Shown here in pieces: positions 45,058-54,832 of a stretch of 64,000 nucleotides of DNA. Each line of letters begins with the position of its first letter. Position 1 is the stretch's first letter. The notes below the pieces were generated by a model that ran no database searches, was not told the DNA's origin, and saw only the letters and a program-made list of their open reading frames with translations. The position numbers and the translations under genes were made by a program. Location: NCBI GenBank assembly GCA_023247035.1, contig JAHFHG010000006.1, forward strand, positions 298 to 64,297, written 5' to 3'. The DNA comes from Candidatus Omnitrophota bacterium. GTDB taxonomy: Bacteria; Omnitrophota; Omnitrophia; Omnitrophales; Aquincolibacteriaceae.

Positions 45058-47916
45058 ATGGATGATTTTTGGGCGGAGCTAAAGCAGGCCGTGAGCGGCG
45101 AAGTCCGATTTGATGCGGGCACGCGCGCGATTTACTCCACCGACGCTTCGAATTACCGCCAGATTCCTCTCGGCGCCGTCCTCCCTCGAAACACAGAAGA
45201 CATTCTCCAAACCCTTTCCATTTGTAAAAAATACGGCGTTCCTCTTTTGATGCGCGGCGCAGGCACGAGTTTGGCCGGGCAGTGCTGCAATGCTGCGGTC
45301 GTGCTGGACACTTCGAAATATCTCAACCGGATCCTCGAAATGGATTGGGAAAACAAAACGGCCCGTGTTGAGCCCGGCGTTGTTCTCGATGACCTGCGAA
45401 AAGCCGCGTCTTCCCGCAATCTTACTTTCGGGCCCGATCCCGCAACGCACAACCGCTGCACATTGGGCGGGATGATCGGCAATAACGCCTGCGGGGTTCA
45501 CTCGGTTATGGCCGGAAAGACGGTGGATAATGTTGAGGAGCTTGAGATTGTCACTTACGGCGGATTAAGAATGACGGTCGGGAAAACTTCCGAACAAAAA
45601 CTTGAAAAAATAATCCTCGAAGGCGGAAGGCGCGGTGAGGTTTATGGAAAGCTCAAAAAAATCCGGGATCAGTGCGCTCCGCTTATCCGTTCCAAATTCC
45701 CCCGCATTCCACGCCGTGTTTCAGGGTACAACTTAGACCAGCTTCTTCCCGAAAACGGCTTTGACGTGGCCCGAGCTTTAGTCGGGACGGAGGGAACCTG
45801 CGCGGCAATCCTGCAGGCGAAGGTCAAACTTATTTTTAATCCGCCGGGCCGGGCTCTCCTGGCTCTGGGTTATCCTGATTTTTTCCGAGCCGGCGACGCG
45901 ATCCAAACGATTCTGCATTATCATCCTATCGGCCTGGAAGGAATGGACGAGCATTTTATCCGGAATATGAAAAAAAAGGCAATGCACCTTGAGGAAATCG
46001 CAATGCTGCCGGAAGGCAAAGGCTGGCTCCTGGTTGAATTCGGCGGAGCCGCGCAGGAAGAGGCGAACGAATCCGCGCGAAGGCTGATGAGCGATTTGGA
46101 AAAAATTCCGGGCCGGCCGGGCATGAAACTTTTTACGGATCCTGCAGCCCAGAAACGCGTGTGGTCGGTGAGAGAGTCCACTTTCGGCGCGAGTGTTTTT
46201 GTCCCGGGAGAGAAGGACACTTATGCGGGCTTCGAAGACTCGGCCGTTTCTCCTGAAAAATTGGGCGATTATCTCCGCGATCTTCAGAAACTTTTTCAAA
46301 AATACGATTACGACGCAGTCCTTTACGGCCACTTGGGCGACGGCTGCATTCACAGCCGGATTAGCTTCGATCTCAGGACCGATCCCGGAATAAAAAAATA
46401 CCGGGCGTTTTTGGAAGAGGCCGCGGATCTTGTGGTCCGTTACGGCGGATCGCTTTCCGGCGAGCACGGCGACGGCCAGACCTGGGGCGAGTTCTTGCCT
46501 AAAATGTTCGGGCCGGAGCTGATTCGGGCCTTCCGGGAATTCAAATCCGCGTGGGACCCGGACGGGAAAATGAATCCCGGCAAAGGAGTCGATAGTTATG
46601 GCGTGGATCAGCATTTGCGGCTCAAAGATTACGAGACCATTCCCCAGCCCGAAAGGCATTTTCAATTTTCCGAAGACCATAAAAATTTCACAAGAACCAC
46701 CGAGCGCTGCATCGGCATCGGCAAGTGTTTAAAAACAGACGAGGGCGTGATGTGCCCCAGTTTTATGGCCACGCGCGAAGAGAAACATTCCACGCGCGGC
46801 AGGGCTCGTCTGCTTCACGAAATGATGCGCGCGGAAGTGATTCAGGGCGGGTGGCGGGATGAACACGTCAAAGAGGCTCTTGATTTATGCCTCGCCTGCA
46901 AAGCCTGTAAAGCCGAATGCCCGGTCAACGTGGATATGGCCACTTATAAAGCGGAATTTTTATCCCATTATTATCAAGGACGTTCGCGGCCTTTGCGCGC
47001 TTATCTTTTCGGTTTGATGCCTTGGGGATTACAAATCGCGGGCCGCGTTCCGCAAGCCGCGAATTTTTTAACTCAGACGCCGTTTCTTTCCGGCTGGGTC
47101 AAGCATCTTGCGGGGATTGCGCCGGAAAGGAATATCCCTCGGCTCGCTCCGCAGAGTTTTGAGAGGTGGTTTCAAAAAAGGCCGCCAAGTCCTGAAGCCC
47201 GCCCTGAGGTGATCCTCTGGCCGGACACGTTTAATAATTTTTTTTATCCTCAAAACGCGGCCGCGGCTGTCGAGACGCTGGAATTTTTGGGTTATCGCGT
47301 CCGGCTTCCTCCGCAGTCTTTGTGCTGCGGCCGTCCGCTTTACGACTATGGAATGCTGGAAATGGCCAAACATTTTCTCAAACAAATTTTGCGCTCGCTC
47401 GAACCTTATCTTCGGCGCACAATTCCCGTGGTCGGCCTTGAGCCGAGCTGTGTCGCGGTATTCCGGGACGAACTTTTAAACCTCTTTCCGCAGGATGAGG
47501 TTGCCCGGCTCTTGAGCCGGCAGACTTTTCTTTTGAGTGAGTTCTTGGACAAACATTCGACAACGAGGGAATGGCCGGTTCTCGGCGGCAAGGCGCTTGT
47601 GCACGGGCATTGCCATCAGAAAGCGATTATGGGAATGGGAAGCACGGAGCGGGTTCTTTCCAGGCTCGGCGTGGATTTCGAAATCCTGGACGCGGGATGC
47701 TGCGGAATGGCGGGCGCATTCGGGCTGGAAAGAGAACACTACGCGGTCTCGGTTGAGATCGGCCGCCAGCGTTTGATTCCGGCGCTCGAAAAATGTCCGG
47801 AAGAAACGCGGATCCTTTCCGACGGCTTCAGCTGCCGGGAGCAGATCTTTCAGCTTGCCGGCCGGCGGCCGCTCCATCTCGCCCAGCTTGTGCATCAAGC
47901 GATTTTCCGGACCTAA
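45058..47916 (+). CDS. FAD-linked oxidase fused to an Fe-S / CCG-domain oxidoreductase (YdiJ-like; GlcD-GlcF fusion).
   Basis: FAD-binding PCMH motifs are N-terminal ('GAGTSLAGQCC'). The C-terminus has a 4Fe-4S motif 'CIGIGKCLKTDEGVMCPSF', 'CLACKACKAECPV' and CCG motifs 'CCGRPLY' and 'DAGCCGMAGAFG'. Confidence 0.8.
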   Translation: MDDFWAELKQAVSGEVRFDAGTRAIYSTDASNYRQIPLGAVLPRNTEDILQTLSICKKYGVPLLMRGAGTSLAGQCCNAAVVLDTSKYLNRILEMDWENKTARVEPGVVLDDLRKAASSRNLTFGPDPATHNRCTLGGMIGNNACGVHSVMAGKTVDNVEELEIVTYGGLRMTVGKTSEQKLEKIILEGGRRGEVYGKLKKIRDQCAPLIRSKFPRIPRRVSGYNLDQLLPENGFDVARALVGTEGTCAAILQAKVKLIFNPPGRALLALGYPDFFRAGDAIQTILHYHPIGLEGMDEHFIRNMKKKAMHLEEIAMLPEGKGWLLVEFGGAAQEEANESARRLMSDLEKIPGRPGMKLFTDPAAQKRVWSVRESTFGASVFVPGEKDTYAGFEDSAVSPEKLGDYLRDLQKLFQKYDYDAVLYGHLGDGCIHSRISFDLRTDPGIKKYRAFLEEAADLVVRYGGSLSGEHGDGQTWGEFLPKMFGPELIRAFREFKSAWDPDGKMNPGKGVDSYGVDQHLRLKDYETIPQPERHFQFSEDHKNFTRTTERCIGIGKCLKTDEGVMCPSFMATREEKHSTRGRARLLHEMMRAEVIQGGWRDEHVKEALDLCLACKACKAECPVNVDMATYKAEFLSHYYQGRSRPLRAYLFGLMPWGLQIAGRVPQAANFLTQTPFLSGWVKHLAGIAPERNIPRLAPQSFERWFQKRPPSPEARPEVILWPDTFNNFFYPQNAAAAVETLEFLGYRVRLPPQSLCCGRPLYDYGMLEMAKHFLKQILRSLEPYLRRTIPVVGLEPSCVAVFRDELLNLFPQDEVARLLSRQTFLLSEFLDKHSTTREWPVLGGKALVHGHCHQKAIMGMGSTERVLSRLGVDFEILDAGCCGMAGAFGLEREHYAVSVEIGRQRLIPALEKCPEETRILSDGFSCREQIFQLAGRRPLHLAQLVHQAIFRT

Positions 47917-48370
47917 GCCTTCTTCGGGACGAAGGGACGAATGATTTGATTCGATTAAAACGCAAAGCGTCGCGCGCTCAAGATCGAAGCGGAATTGCAC
48001 AGCGGTAAAAAAAGTAAAAAGTGTGGAAAGCTAGAATGAGAATCCGGGGATATGCGCATCAACCGACCTTGGATCAAATCCGCAGTTACAAAAAGCTTTC
48101 CCTGCGCGATAAACTGTCGGGGCTTGAAAGGGCTGTGCGATTTCCCGATAAGCTCGTGTGGGGAGGCTTTCCGGCGCGGAGAAATTTAATCCCTTGTCTC
48201 GAGGAGTAATGCTTTGACCCGCAGTTGATTCTTTGTCAAACTTTTCCGAATTCTTTAAAGCAAAAGTTAAAAAAAGATAACATTCTTTCGAATCTGGAAT
48301 CCCCTTTTTCCCTTCCTTGTCTCGCCAATCCTTGCCAATCGAGATAAGTTTTGGTATAAAAGAAAGCCAA

Positions 48371-49342
48371 ATGGTCAAACGCCTGCTGTTTCTTGCCTTT
48401 ATTTTGATCCTGCCCCCGATCTCGCCGCTTTGGGCGGAGCGCCAGCTCCTTGACCGGATCATTGCGGTCGTCAACGAGGAAGCCATCACCCAAAGTGAAC
48501 TGGATTTTTTTCTCAAACCTCTTTATGAGCAGTACAAAAATCAATATGGCCAGACCCAGCTTATGGAAGTGCTTGCCGAAGCGCGGCAGAAATTGATGAG
48601 TCAGCTTATCGAAGACCGCCTTGTTTTTCAGGAAGCCAAAGAGCAGAAGATCGCCATCTCCGAAGAAGAAATTGAGGGGGAGATGAGTCAGTTTAAAAAA
48701 CGTTTCAAGACCGAACAGGAGCTTGAGGACGGCCTTCGCAAGGACGGCTTGACATTGAATGACGTCCGCGAGCGTTTGCAGCGCCAGGCGATGGTGCGCC
48801 GTCTTCAGGATATGGAAATCCGCTCGAAAATTGTAGTTTCTCCCATGGAAATCCAGAAATATTTTGAGGATCACCCCGCGGAATTTTCAAACCAGGAAAG
48901 TCTCAAAATCCGGTCGATTACCCTTAAGAAGAGTGAAGAGGCCCGGGAAAAGGGCCTGACCGACGAGCGTGCGAAAAACAAGGCGCTTGAATTAAGGCAC
49001 CGGATCCTTTCTGGGGAGGATTTCGGGGATTTGGCAAAACAGTACTCCGAGGACACCAACGCCAAATCCGAGGGGCTGAGCCAGTGGGTTGAAAAAGGGG
49101 AAATGATCCCGGCCATTGATGAGATCATCTTCAATATGAAAATAGGCGAGATCTCCCAGATGATTGAGACGCCGATGGGCTATCATCTCTTCCGGGTGGA
49201 GAAAAAAAGGGCCGGTCAAGCCAAGACGCTCGACGCCGCGCGCGATAAGATCCACGCCAAACTTTTCCAGGACAAGGCGAGGAAACGTTTTCAAGAATGG
49301 ATGCTGGAACTCAAACGCCATGCCTACATCTCGGTCCGCTGA
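48371..49342 (+). CDS. surA: Periplasmic chaperone / peptidyl-prolyl isomerase, SurA-like, with a single parvulin domain.
   Basis: Signal peptide, a SurA N-terminal domain and the parvulin 'IETPMGYHLFRVEKK'. It is followed by pdxA-rsmA, as in the E. coli surA-pdxA-ksgA cluster. Confidence 0.65.
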   Translation: MVKRLLFLAFILILPPISPLWAERQLLDRIIAVVNEEAITQSELDFFLKPLYEQYKNQYGQTQLMEVLAEARQKLMSQLIEDRLVFQEAKEQKIAISEEEIEGEMSQFKKRFKTEQELEDGLRKDGLTLNDVRERLQRQAMVRRLQDMEIRSKIVVSPMEIQKYFEDHPAEFSNQESLKIRSITLKKSEEAREKGLTDERAKNKALELRHRILSGEDFGDLAKQYSEDTNAKSEGLSQWVEKGEMIPAIDEIIFNMKIGEISQMIETPMGYHLFRVEKKRAGQAKTLDAARDKIHAKLFQDKARKRFQEWMLELKRHAYISVR

Positions 49343-49390
49343 TCCTGCCGTTCGCCCGCACATTTCTTTCCTTTTTAAGCCGCGCGTTTC

Positions 49391-50479
49391 TTGACTCTCA
49401 TGCGTAAACCGATCCCCCTCGCCGTCACGATGGGGGACCCGGGCGGTATCGGCCCCGAAGTGATCCTCAAGACATTCAAGCAGCGCCCGCTGGACCCCCA
49501 TTTCCGCTACGTCATTTTCGGCGTTCCGGAAGTTTTTGAGGCCCTCAAAAAAAAACAAGGGCTCGCATTTTCTTTTTATCCGGTTCAACGGTTCGAAAAA
49601 ATCCCTTTTGAGAAGCAGCGGATTTATTGCGTGGATGTTTCAGAGGAAGCCCGGCGGATTCTTCATCAAATCAAAACAAGACGTTCCGAAAAAAGAAGGA
49701 GTGAGGCTCGCGATCTCCATTTCGAAATCGGAAAAATATCTTTGGCCAACGCCGCCGCAGCCTATGCCGCGTTACAACAGGCCTGTCATTATGCGGCCCG
49801 TGGAAAAGTAAGCGCCCTTGTCACCGCCCCTGTCCATAAGATGTCGATGCGGGGGATTGACCCCCATTTTACCGGGCATACGGAATACCTGGCCGGACAG
49901 TCCCGGACGAAGGCCTTCGCGATGATGTTCGCGAGCCCGCGTTTGAACGTCACCCTTGTGACGATCCACGTTCCTTTAAAAAGCGTGAGCCGGCTCATTA
50001 CGCCTTCGGTTGTTTTTCAAAAAATCCGCCTGACCGACGAATTCTTAAAACGGTACTTTGGAATCCGCCGCCCCCACATTGCCGTTTGCGCCTTGAATCC
50101 GCACGGCAGAGAAACGGGCCGGGAAGATGAGGAAAAAATCAGGCCCGCAGTCCGGCTTGCTCAGAAAAAAAACATCCGGGCGGTGGGGCCGCTTTCCGCG
50201 GACCGGCTTTTTTTCGATGCTTATGAAGGGCGTTTTGACGCGGTCGTCAGTATGTACCACGACCAGGGATTAGCGCCCTTTAAAATGATTGCCTTTAGAG
50301 AGGGCGTGAATGTGACCCTCGGCCTTCCGTTTATCCGGACCAGCCCGGATCACGGAACCGCCTTTGACATTGCCGGCCAAGGCACGGCCGATCCCGTTTC
50401 GATGAAATCGGCATTATCGCTGGCCGAACAGCTTCTCAAAACCCGCCTTCACGCATCATTCGATGGCCACTCAGATTGA
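49391..50479 (+). CDS. pdxA: 4-hydroxythreonine-4-phosphate dehydrogenase.
   Basis: 'LAVTMGDPGGIGPEVILK' and 'HGTAFDIAGQGTADPVS'. Confidence 0.85.
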   Translation: MTLMRKPIPLAVTMGDPGGIGPEVILKTFKQRPLDPHFRYVIFGVPEVFEALKKKQGLAFSFYPVQRFEKIPFEKQRIYCVDVSEEARRILHQIKTRRSEKRRSEARDLHFEIGKISLANAAAAYAALQQACHYAARGKVSALVTAPVHKMSMRGIDPHFTGHTEYLAGQSRTKAFAMMFASPRLNVTLVTIHVPLKSVSRLITPSVVFQKIRLTDEFLKRYFGIRRPHIAVCALNPHGRETGREDEEKIRPAVRLAQKKNIRAVGPLSADRLFFDAYEGRFDAVVSMYHDQGLAPFKMIAFREGVNVTLGLPFIRTSPDHGTAFDIAGQGTADPVSMKSALSLAEQLLKTRLHASFDGHSD

Positions 50480-51329
50480 GCTCATCAAAAAATACGGGCT
50501 TTCCATACGCGGCCACTCCGGACAGCACCTGCTCGCGGACCCCAATATGCAGCGCAAGGTCGTGAACCTTTTAGATCCGCAAACCGATGAAAAAATTTTG
50601 GAGATAGGTCCTGGATTGGGCGCCCTTACCGGAGAAATCCTCCGGCGCGGGGCGAGGCTTTGGGCGGTCGAAAAAGACAAACGTTTTGTTTCAATCCTGC
50701 GGAAGGAATTTGAGGATTTTATTCAATCGAAAAAATTTACGATTTTTGAGGAAGATTTTTTGAAATTTGATTTTCACAAGGTGCGCGATTTCAAAAAAAC
50801 AAAACTAAGAGTCATCGGCAATCTTCCTTATTACATTACGGCGCCGATTTTGTTTCATCTGATGGATCACCGTTCTCTGATTTCCGAGGCCGTGCTGACG
50901 ATTCAAAAAGAAGTCGCCGACCGGCTGACCGCCTCACCCGGATCAAAAAACTACGGAAGATTGACGCTGGCGCTCCGTTACGCGGCCCAAGCGGCGCGCC
51001 CTTTCGATATCCCGCCGGCCTGTTTCACGCCGAAACCGGAAGTGGTTTCCAGCGTGCTGAGCCTCAGATTTCATACCGCGGCCAGCCCGCTTAACGCGAA
51101 GGAAGAGAAATGGCTTTTTCACACGATTCAAACGGCCTTCAGCCAGCGGCGGAAGATGCTGCTTCATCTCATGATTCGCAATTCGAAATTAAAAATGACG
51201 CGCGAAGAGGCCGCAGGAATTCTATCTTCTTTGAATATTCCTCTCAAAGTCAGAGGAGAGGAATTGTTGCTCAAAGACTTTATCGCCCTGGCCAAGGCGT
51301 TAAAACCTTTCTTTGAAAGGAAAGGGTAG
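50463..51329 (+). CDS. rsmA: 16S rRNA (adenine1518/1519-N6)-dimethyltransferase.
   Basis: 'GQHLLADPNMQRKVV...ILEIGPGLGALT' and 'NLPYYITAPILFHL'. Confidence 0.9.
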   Translation: MATQIELIKKYGLSIRGHSGQHLLADPNMQRKVVNLLDPQTDEKILEIGPGLGALTGEILRRGARLWAVEKDKRFVSILRKEFEDFIQSKKFTIFEEDFLKFDFHKVRDFKKTKLRVIGNLPYYITAPILFHLMDHRSLISEAVLTIQKEVADRLTASPGSKNYGRLTLALRYAAQAARPFDIPPACFTPKPEVVSSVLSLRFHTAASPLNAKEEKWLFHTIQTAFSQRRKMLLHLMIRNSKLKMTREEAAGILSSLNIPLKVRGEELLLKDFIALAKALKPFFERKG

Positions 51330-51339
51330 AAATTTTTCG

Positions 51340-52590
51340 ATGCCTGAGCCCTCCAAAATTTGGGACGTGGCGGTCATCGGAGCCGGCGCGGCAGGGCTGA
51401 TGAGCGCGATTACGGCAAAACGCCGGGGAGCCGAGGTCATTCTCCTGGACGGCAAATCCAAAATCGGCGCCAAAATCCTTATGTCCGGAGGGACGCGCTG
51501 CAACCTCACCAATCAAAACGTCACCGAAAAGGATTTCGAAAGCGAGCACAAAAACGCGCTCAGAGCTGTTTTAAAGGCGTTTTCCTCGGAACACGCGGTC
51601 GAGTTTTTCCAAAATCTTGGAATCCAGGCGGTGCTTGAAGAAGGCGGCAAGTATTTTCCTTCCACTCATTCCGGGAGGGCCGTGCTGGAAGCCTTTCTCA
51701 AGGAAGTGAATCGATTGGGGATTTCGCTTGAAACTTCCCGGAAGGTTGGGTCGCTTGAATATCAGAACGGACGATTCCTGATTTGCGGCGAGGATTTTTC
51801 CTATTATTCCCGCGCGCTTGTGCTGACGACCGGCGGGCTTTCCTTTCCGGCCACGGGCAGCGACGGCGCGGGCTACGGAATGGCGAAACATTTTGGGCAT
51901 TCGCTTGTCCCGACCACGCCTTCTTTGACGCCGCTCCTCACGGAGGATCCGGATTGGAAAAGCCTAAGCGGCCTTTCGCTTCCCGTTTCCTTGAGCCTTT
52001 GGACGGATGGGAAAAAGAAAATCGCCTTCGAAGGGCCTCTTCTTTTTACGCACTTTGGATTCAGCGGCCCTTCAGCGCTCAATATCAGCCGCCACTGGAT
52101 ACGCCTTCGAAACGCAGATTTATTCGCGGATTTTCTTCCGGAGCTTTCTGAAGAGCGTTTGCGCGATAAGCTTTTGCTTCAAGCCGGGCGGCATCCGGGC
52201 CGGCGGCTTAAAAATATCTTGACCGAGGACCTGCCGGAACGTTTCGTCGAAGTTTTTCTTGCGAAACAGAAAATCCCGACGGCCTTGACGCTGAATCAGT
52301 TGAAACGGCCGGACCGCGAAGGTCTTCTGCGCCGTCTTTTTCATTTTCCTTTGAGGCCGAGCGGTTTTAAAGGGTATGAAAAGGCGGAAGTGACGGCCGG
52401 AGGAATTCCGCTTTCGGAAGTGGATAAAAATACAATGCAATCCAAGTTTCAGCCCGGATTATTTTTCGCCGGAGAAATTCTCGATGCCGACGGACGGATC
52501 GGCGGATTTAATTTCCAGTGGGCGTGGTCAAGCGGGGCTTTGGCCGGCCGCGCCGCGGCGGATTTGATCCGAACCCTCGATGTGAAATAG
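51340..52590 (+). CDS. HI0933 / BaiN-family NAD(FAD)-utilising flavoprotein.
   Basis: 'WDVAVIGAGAAGLMSA...ILMSGGTRCNLTN'. The start is more likely the ATG at 51340 than the ORF-track 51313, which overlaps rsmA. Confidence 0.8.
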   Translation: MPEPSKIWDVAVIGAGAAGLMSAITAKRRGAEVILLDGKSKIGAKILMSGGTRCNLTNQNVTEKDFESEHKNALRAVLKAFSSEHAVEFFQNLGIQAVLEEGGKYFPSTHSGRAVLEAFLKEVNRLGISLETSRKVGSLEYQNGRFLICGEDFSYYSRALVLTTGGLSFPATGSDGAGYGMAKHFGHSLVPTTPSLTPLLTEDPDWKSLSGLSLPVSLSLWTDGKKKIAFEGPLLFTHFGFSGPSALNISRHWIRLRNADLFADFLPELSEERLRDKLLLQAGRHPGRRLKNILTEDLPERFVEVFLAKQKIPTALTLNQLKRPDREGLLRRLFHFPLRPSGFKGYEKAEVTAGGIPLSEVDKNTMQSKFQPGLFFAGEILDADGRIGGFNFQWAWSSGALAGRAAADLIRTLDVK

Positions 52591-52634
52591 TGATGTGATT
52601 CTCATGATAGGTTGAGTAAAATAGCGGCACGGTT

Positions 52635-53069
52635 TTGAATTTATCTCTTGTGCAGGGAAGGAAATCGCGCGTGAGGGAAATCAATTTCAGAGTCTGGCAT
52701 ATCCAAGAAAGAAGAATGTATTTCCGCGGGTATCAAAAACTCTTCGGCGTTCTGCTTTGCGAGGATGACGGCGGAAAGAATGAAGGCCGGGGAATCCCGG
52801 TGAAGCGCGCCGGTTACGAAGACTGTATTTTTCTTGAAAATACCAGTTTAAAAGACAGAACCGGCAAAGAGGTATTCGAAGGGGATATCGTCCGCATCCG
52901 CATCAACGGAAAACAATATGAGGGCGTCGTCCCGGCGGTCCCTGATATGTTTAAGTCCAGGAAGCTTCATCCGCTGCAGGGCTTGTTTGGGAAATTCGGC
53001 TTGAATCCTGAAAACGGCGAAATCGAGATCGAAGTCATAGGAAATTCTTTTGAATCTAAACCCTTCTGA
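52635..53069 (+). CDS. YopX-like phage-family protein, orphan.
   Basis: 'REINFRVW', 'SLKDRTGKEVFEGDIV' and 'EIEVIGNSFES' parallel the YopX consensus (REIKFRAW / TGLKDKNGKEIYEGDIV / EVIGNIYENPELL). A GTG at about 52671 may be the true start. Confidence 0.6.
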   Translation: MNLSLVQGRKSRVREINFRVWHIQERRMYFRGYQKLFGVLLCEDDGGKNEGRGIPVKRAGYEDCIFLENTSLKDRTGKEVFEGDIVRIRINGKQYEGVVPAVPDMFKSRKLHPLQGLFGKFGLNPENGEIEIEVIGNSFESKPF

Positions 53070-53853
53070 GACCGTTCTGATCACGGGCGCTTCTTCAGGC
53101 ATAGGCTTTGAATTGGCGAAGCTGTTCGCGCGCGACGGTTACGGGCTTGTTCTGAATGCCAGAGACCCTGAGCGGCTGAATCAAGCCGCGAAACAGATTG
53201 AATCCCGATCCGGCGGACCGGTTTTGACCGCGGCCTGCGATCTTTCCAGGCCCGGCGGCCCTCTTGAGATTTCACGGATTTTAAAAGAGAAGAAAATAGA
53301 GCCCGATATCCTGATCAACAACGCCGGTTACGGGATTTACGGCTCTTTCGAAAAGACCGACCCGGCCCGCGAACTGGAAATGATTCAACTCAACATTTTA
53401 TCTTTGACGCACCTCACGAAATTATTTCTTCCCGCGATGCTTCGAAAAGGAAGAGGGAAAATTTTAAATGTCGCCTCGACCGCAGCCTTCCAGCCCGGCC
53501 CGCTGATGGCGGTCTATTATGCGACCAAGGCCTATGTTTATTCCTTCACGCGGGCGCTGAAGAGAGAATTAACGGGACGCGGAATCACGGTTTCCGTGCT
53601 TTGCCCGGGGCCGACGCGGTCCAATTTTCAGGATACCGCGGGGATTGATAAAAGGATTAAACTTTTTCAGACGACTTTGATGACGCCCGCGCAGGTCGCC
53701 GCGATCGCCTATCGAAAATTTAAAAATGGCAGGGAAGTGATTATCCCGGGCCTTGTCAACCAGATCTTTGCTTTGGGGAGCTGGCTTATGCCGGAAGGCC
53801 TTGTGATCGAGGCTGTCCATTTTTTGCAAAAAAGTAAGGCAAGGGACGTATAA
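53050..53853 (+). CDS. Short-chain dehydrogenase/reductase (SDR).
   Basis: 'VLITGASSGIG', 'NNAG' and 'YYATKAYV'. Confidence 0.85.
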   Translation: MNLNPSETVLITGASSGIGFELAKLFARDGYGLVLNARDPERLNQAAKQIESRSGGPVLTAACDLSRPGGPLEISRILKEKKIEPDILINNAGYGIYGSFEKTDPARELEMIQLNILSLTHLTKLFLPAMLRKGRGKILNVASTAAFQPGPLMAVYYATKAYVYSFTRALKRELTGRGITVSVLCPGPTRSNFQDTAGIDKRIKLFQTTLMTPAQVAAIAYRKFKNGREVIIPGLVNQIFALGSWLMPEGLVIEAVHFLQKSKARDV

Positions 53854-54098
53854 AAATTGTAAAATAGCTCCGTATTTCTTAATTTCAACTTGAGTTCGGC
53901 GAATTTCCGAATTCATAGAGTATCGCTCTTTGTGAGACAAGCGGTTGTCATTCCCGATAAAAACATTCAATGACGGAAAGAAAAGCAAAATTTTAGGAAC
54001 TCAAGTTTCAATTGACATTTGACATCGGATTTAGGGAACGGCGCAATCATTCCGAGATCGTGGCGAAGATTTGCAAACAACCTTGAAGGAGGTATGAA
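53854..54098. repeat. Intergenic element family C/D, copy D: hairpin GACAA-GCGG-TTGTC + CATTCCCG, AACATTCAATGA, and tandem TTGACAtTTGACA.
   Basis: Aligned to copy C (42421-42683). The hairpin stem bases differ but the pairing is preserved. A strong GAAGGAGGT RBS follows. Confidence 0.55.
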
Positions 54099-54782
54099 AT
54101 GGATCAGAATACGGATTCGTATTCTTACGCGGGCGAGGTTCAGCAAAGTTTTATCCAGCGTGTCTATCAATGGATGGCGGCCGGTCTTGCCTTGAGCGGA
54201 TTCGTGGCCTTCTGGGCCTCGGGCCATCTGGGTTTAATGAAGGCTTTAGCGGGCGGCGGTTTTTTCGTCCTGATGCTGGCGGAACTCGGTCTTGTTTTTT
54301 GGCTTTCAGCTTCCGTGACAAAGATTTCAGCTCAAGCCGCTGTTTTGGGCTTTATGGTCTACTCGCTTCTTAACGGCCTGACGCTTTCCTTTATATTTTT
54401 GGTCTATACAGGCGCTTCGATTGCGGCTACTTTTTTTATCGCAGCCGCCAGCTTTGCGGGCGTGAGTCTATTCGGCTGGGCCACTCAGACCGACCTCACC
54501 TCGATCCGCGGGTTTCTTTTTATGGGCCTCCTCGGAGTCATTTTAGGAAGCGTGGCCAATCTTTTTTTCCATTCTTCCGCTTTCGATTGGCTGCTGACGT
54601 ACGCGGGCCTCGGTGTGTTCATCGGACTGACGGCGTATGATACGCAAGAGATCAAACGGATCCAGCAGAGCGGATCAGGATCGATGGAAGGGCTCGCCAT
54701 TTTAGGGGCCTTGCGCCTTTACCTGGATTTTATTAATATGTTTCTCCTGCTCCTGCGGCTGTTCGGCCGGAGACGGTCATGA
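54099..54782 (+). CDS. Bax-inhibitor-1 / YccA-family membrane protein.
   Basis: Seven predicted TM helices with an 'FIQRVYQWMAAGLALSG' start typical of the BI-1/YccA family. Confidence 0.8.
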   Translation: MDQNTDSYSYAGEVQQSFIQRVYQWMAAGLALSGFVAFWASGHLGLMKALAGGGFFVLMLAELGLVFWLSASVTKISAQAAVLGFMVYSLLNGLTLSFIFLVYTGASIAATFFIAAASFAGVSLFGWATQTDLTSIRGFLFMGLLGVILGSVANLFFHSSAFDWLLTYAGLGVFIGLTAYDTQEIKRIQQSGSGSMEGLAILGALRLYLDFINMFLLLLRLFGRRRS

Positions 54783-54832
54783 GGCGCTTAAATTTTTTCT
54801 GACAAGCTGAAATATAGGATCCATGATGAGCC

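Noticed and set aside
45778-46680. 300-aa antisense ORF inside the ydiJ-like gene. Other long antisense ORFs sit inside strongly supported genes (25298-25975, 23855-24316, 58007-58888, 39732-40409, 21145-21807, 47476-48000).
   Set aside because: These are shadow ORFs opposite genes with clear family motifs. They have no motifs of their own and a biased Arg/Gly/Pro composition typical of antisense frames.
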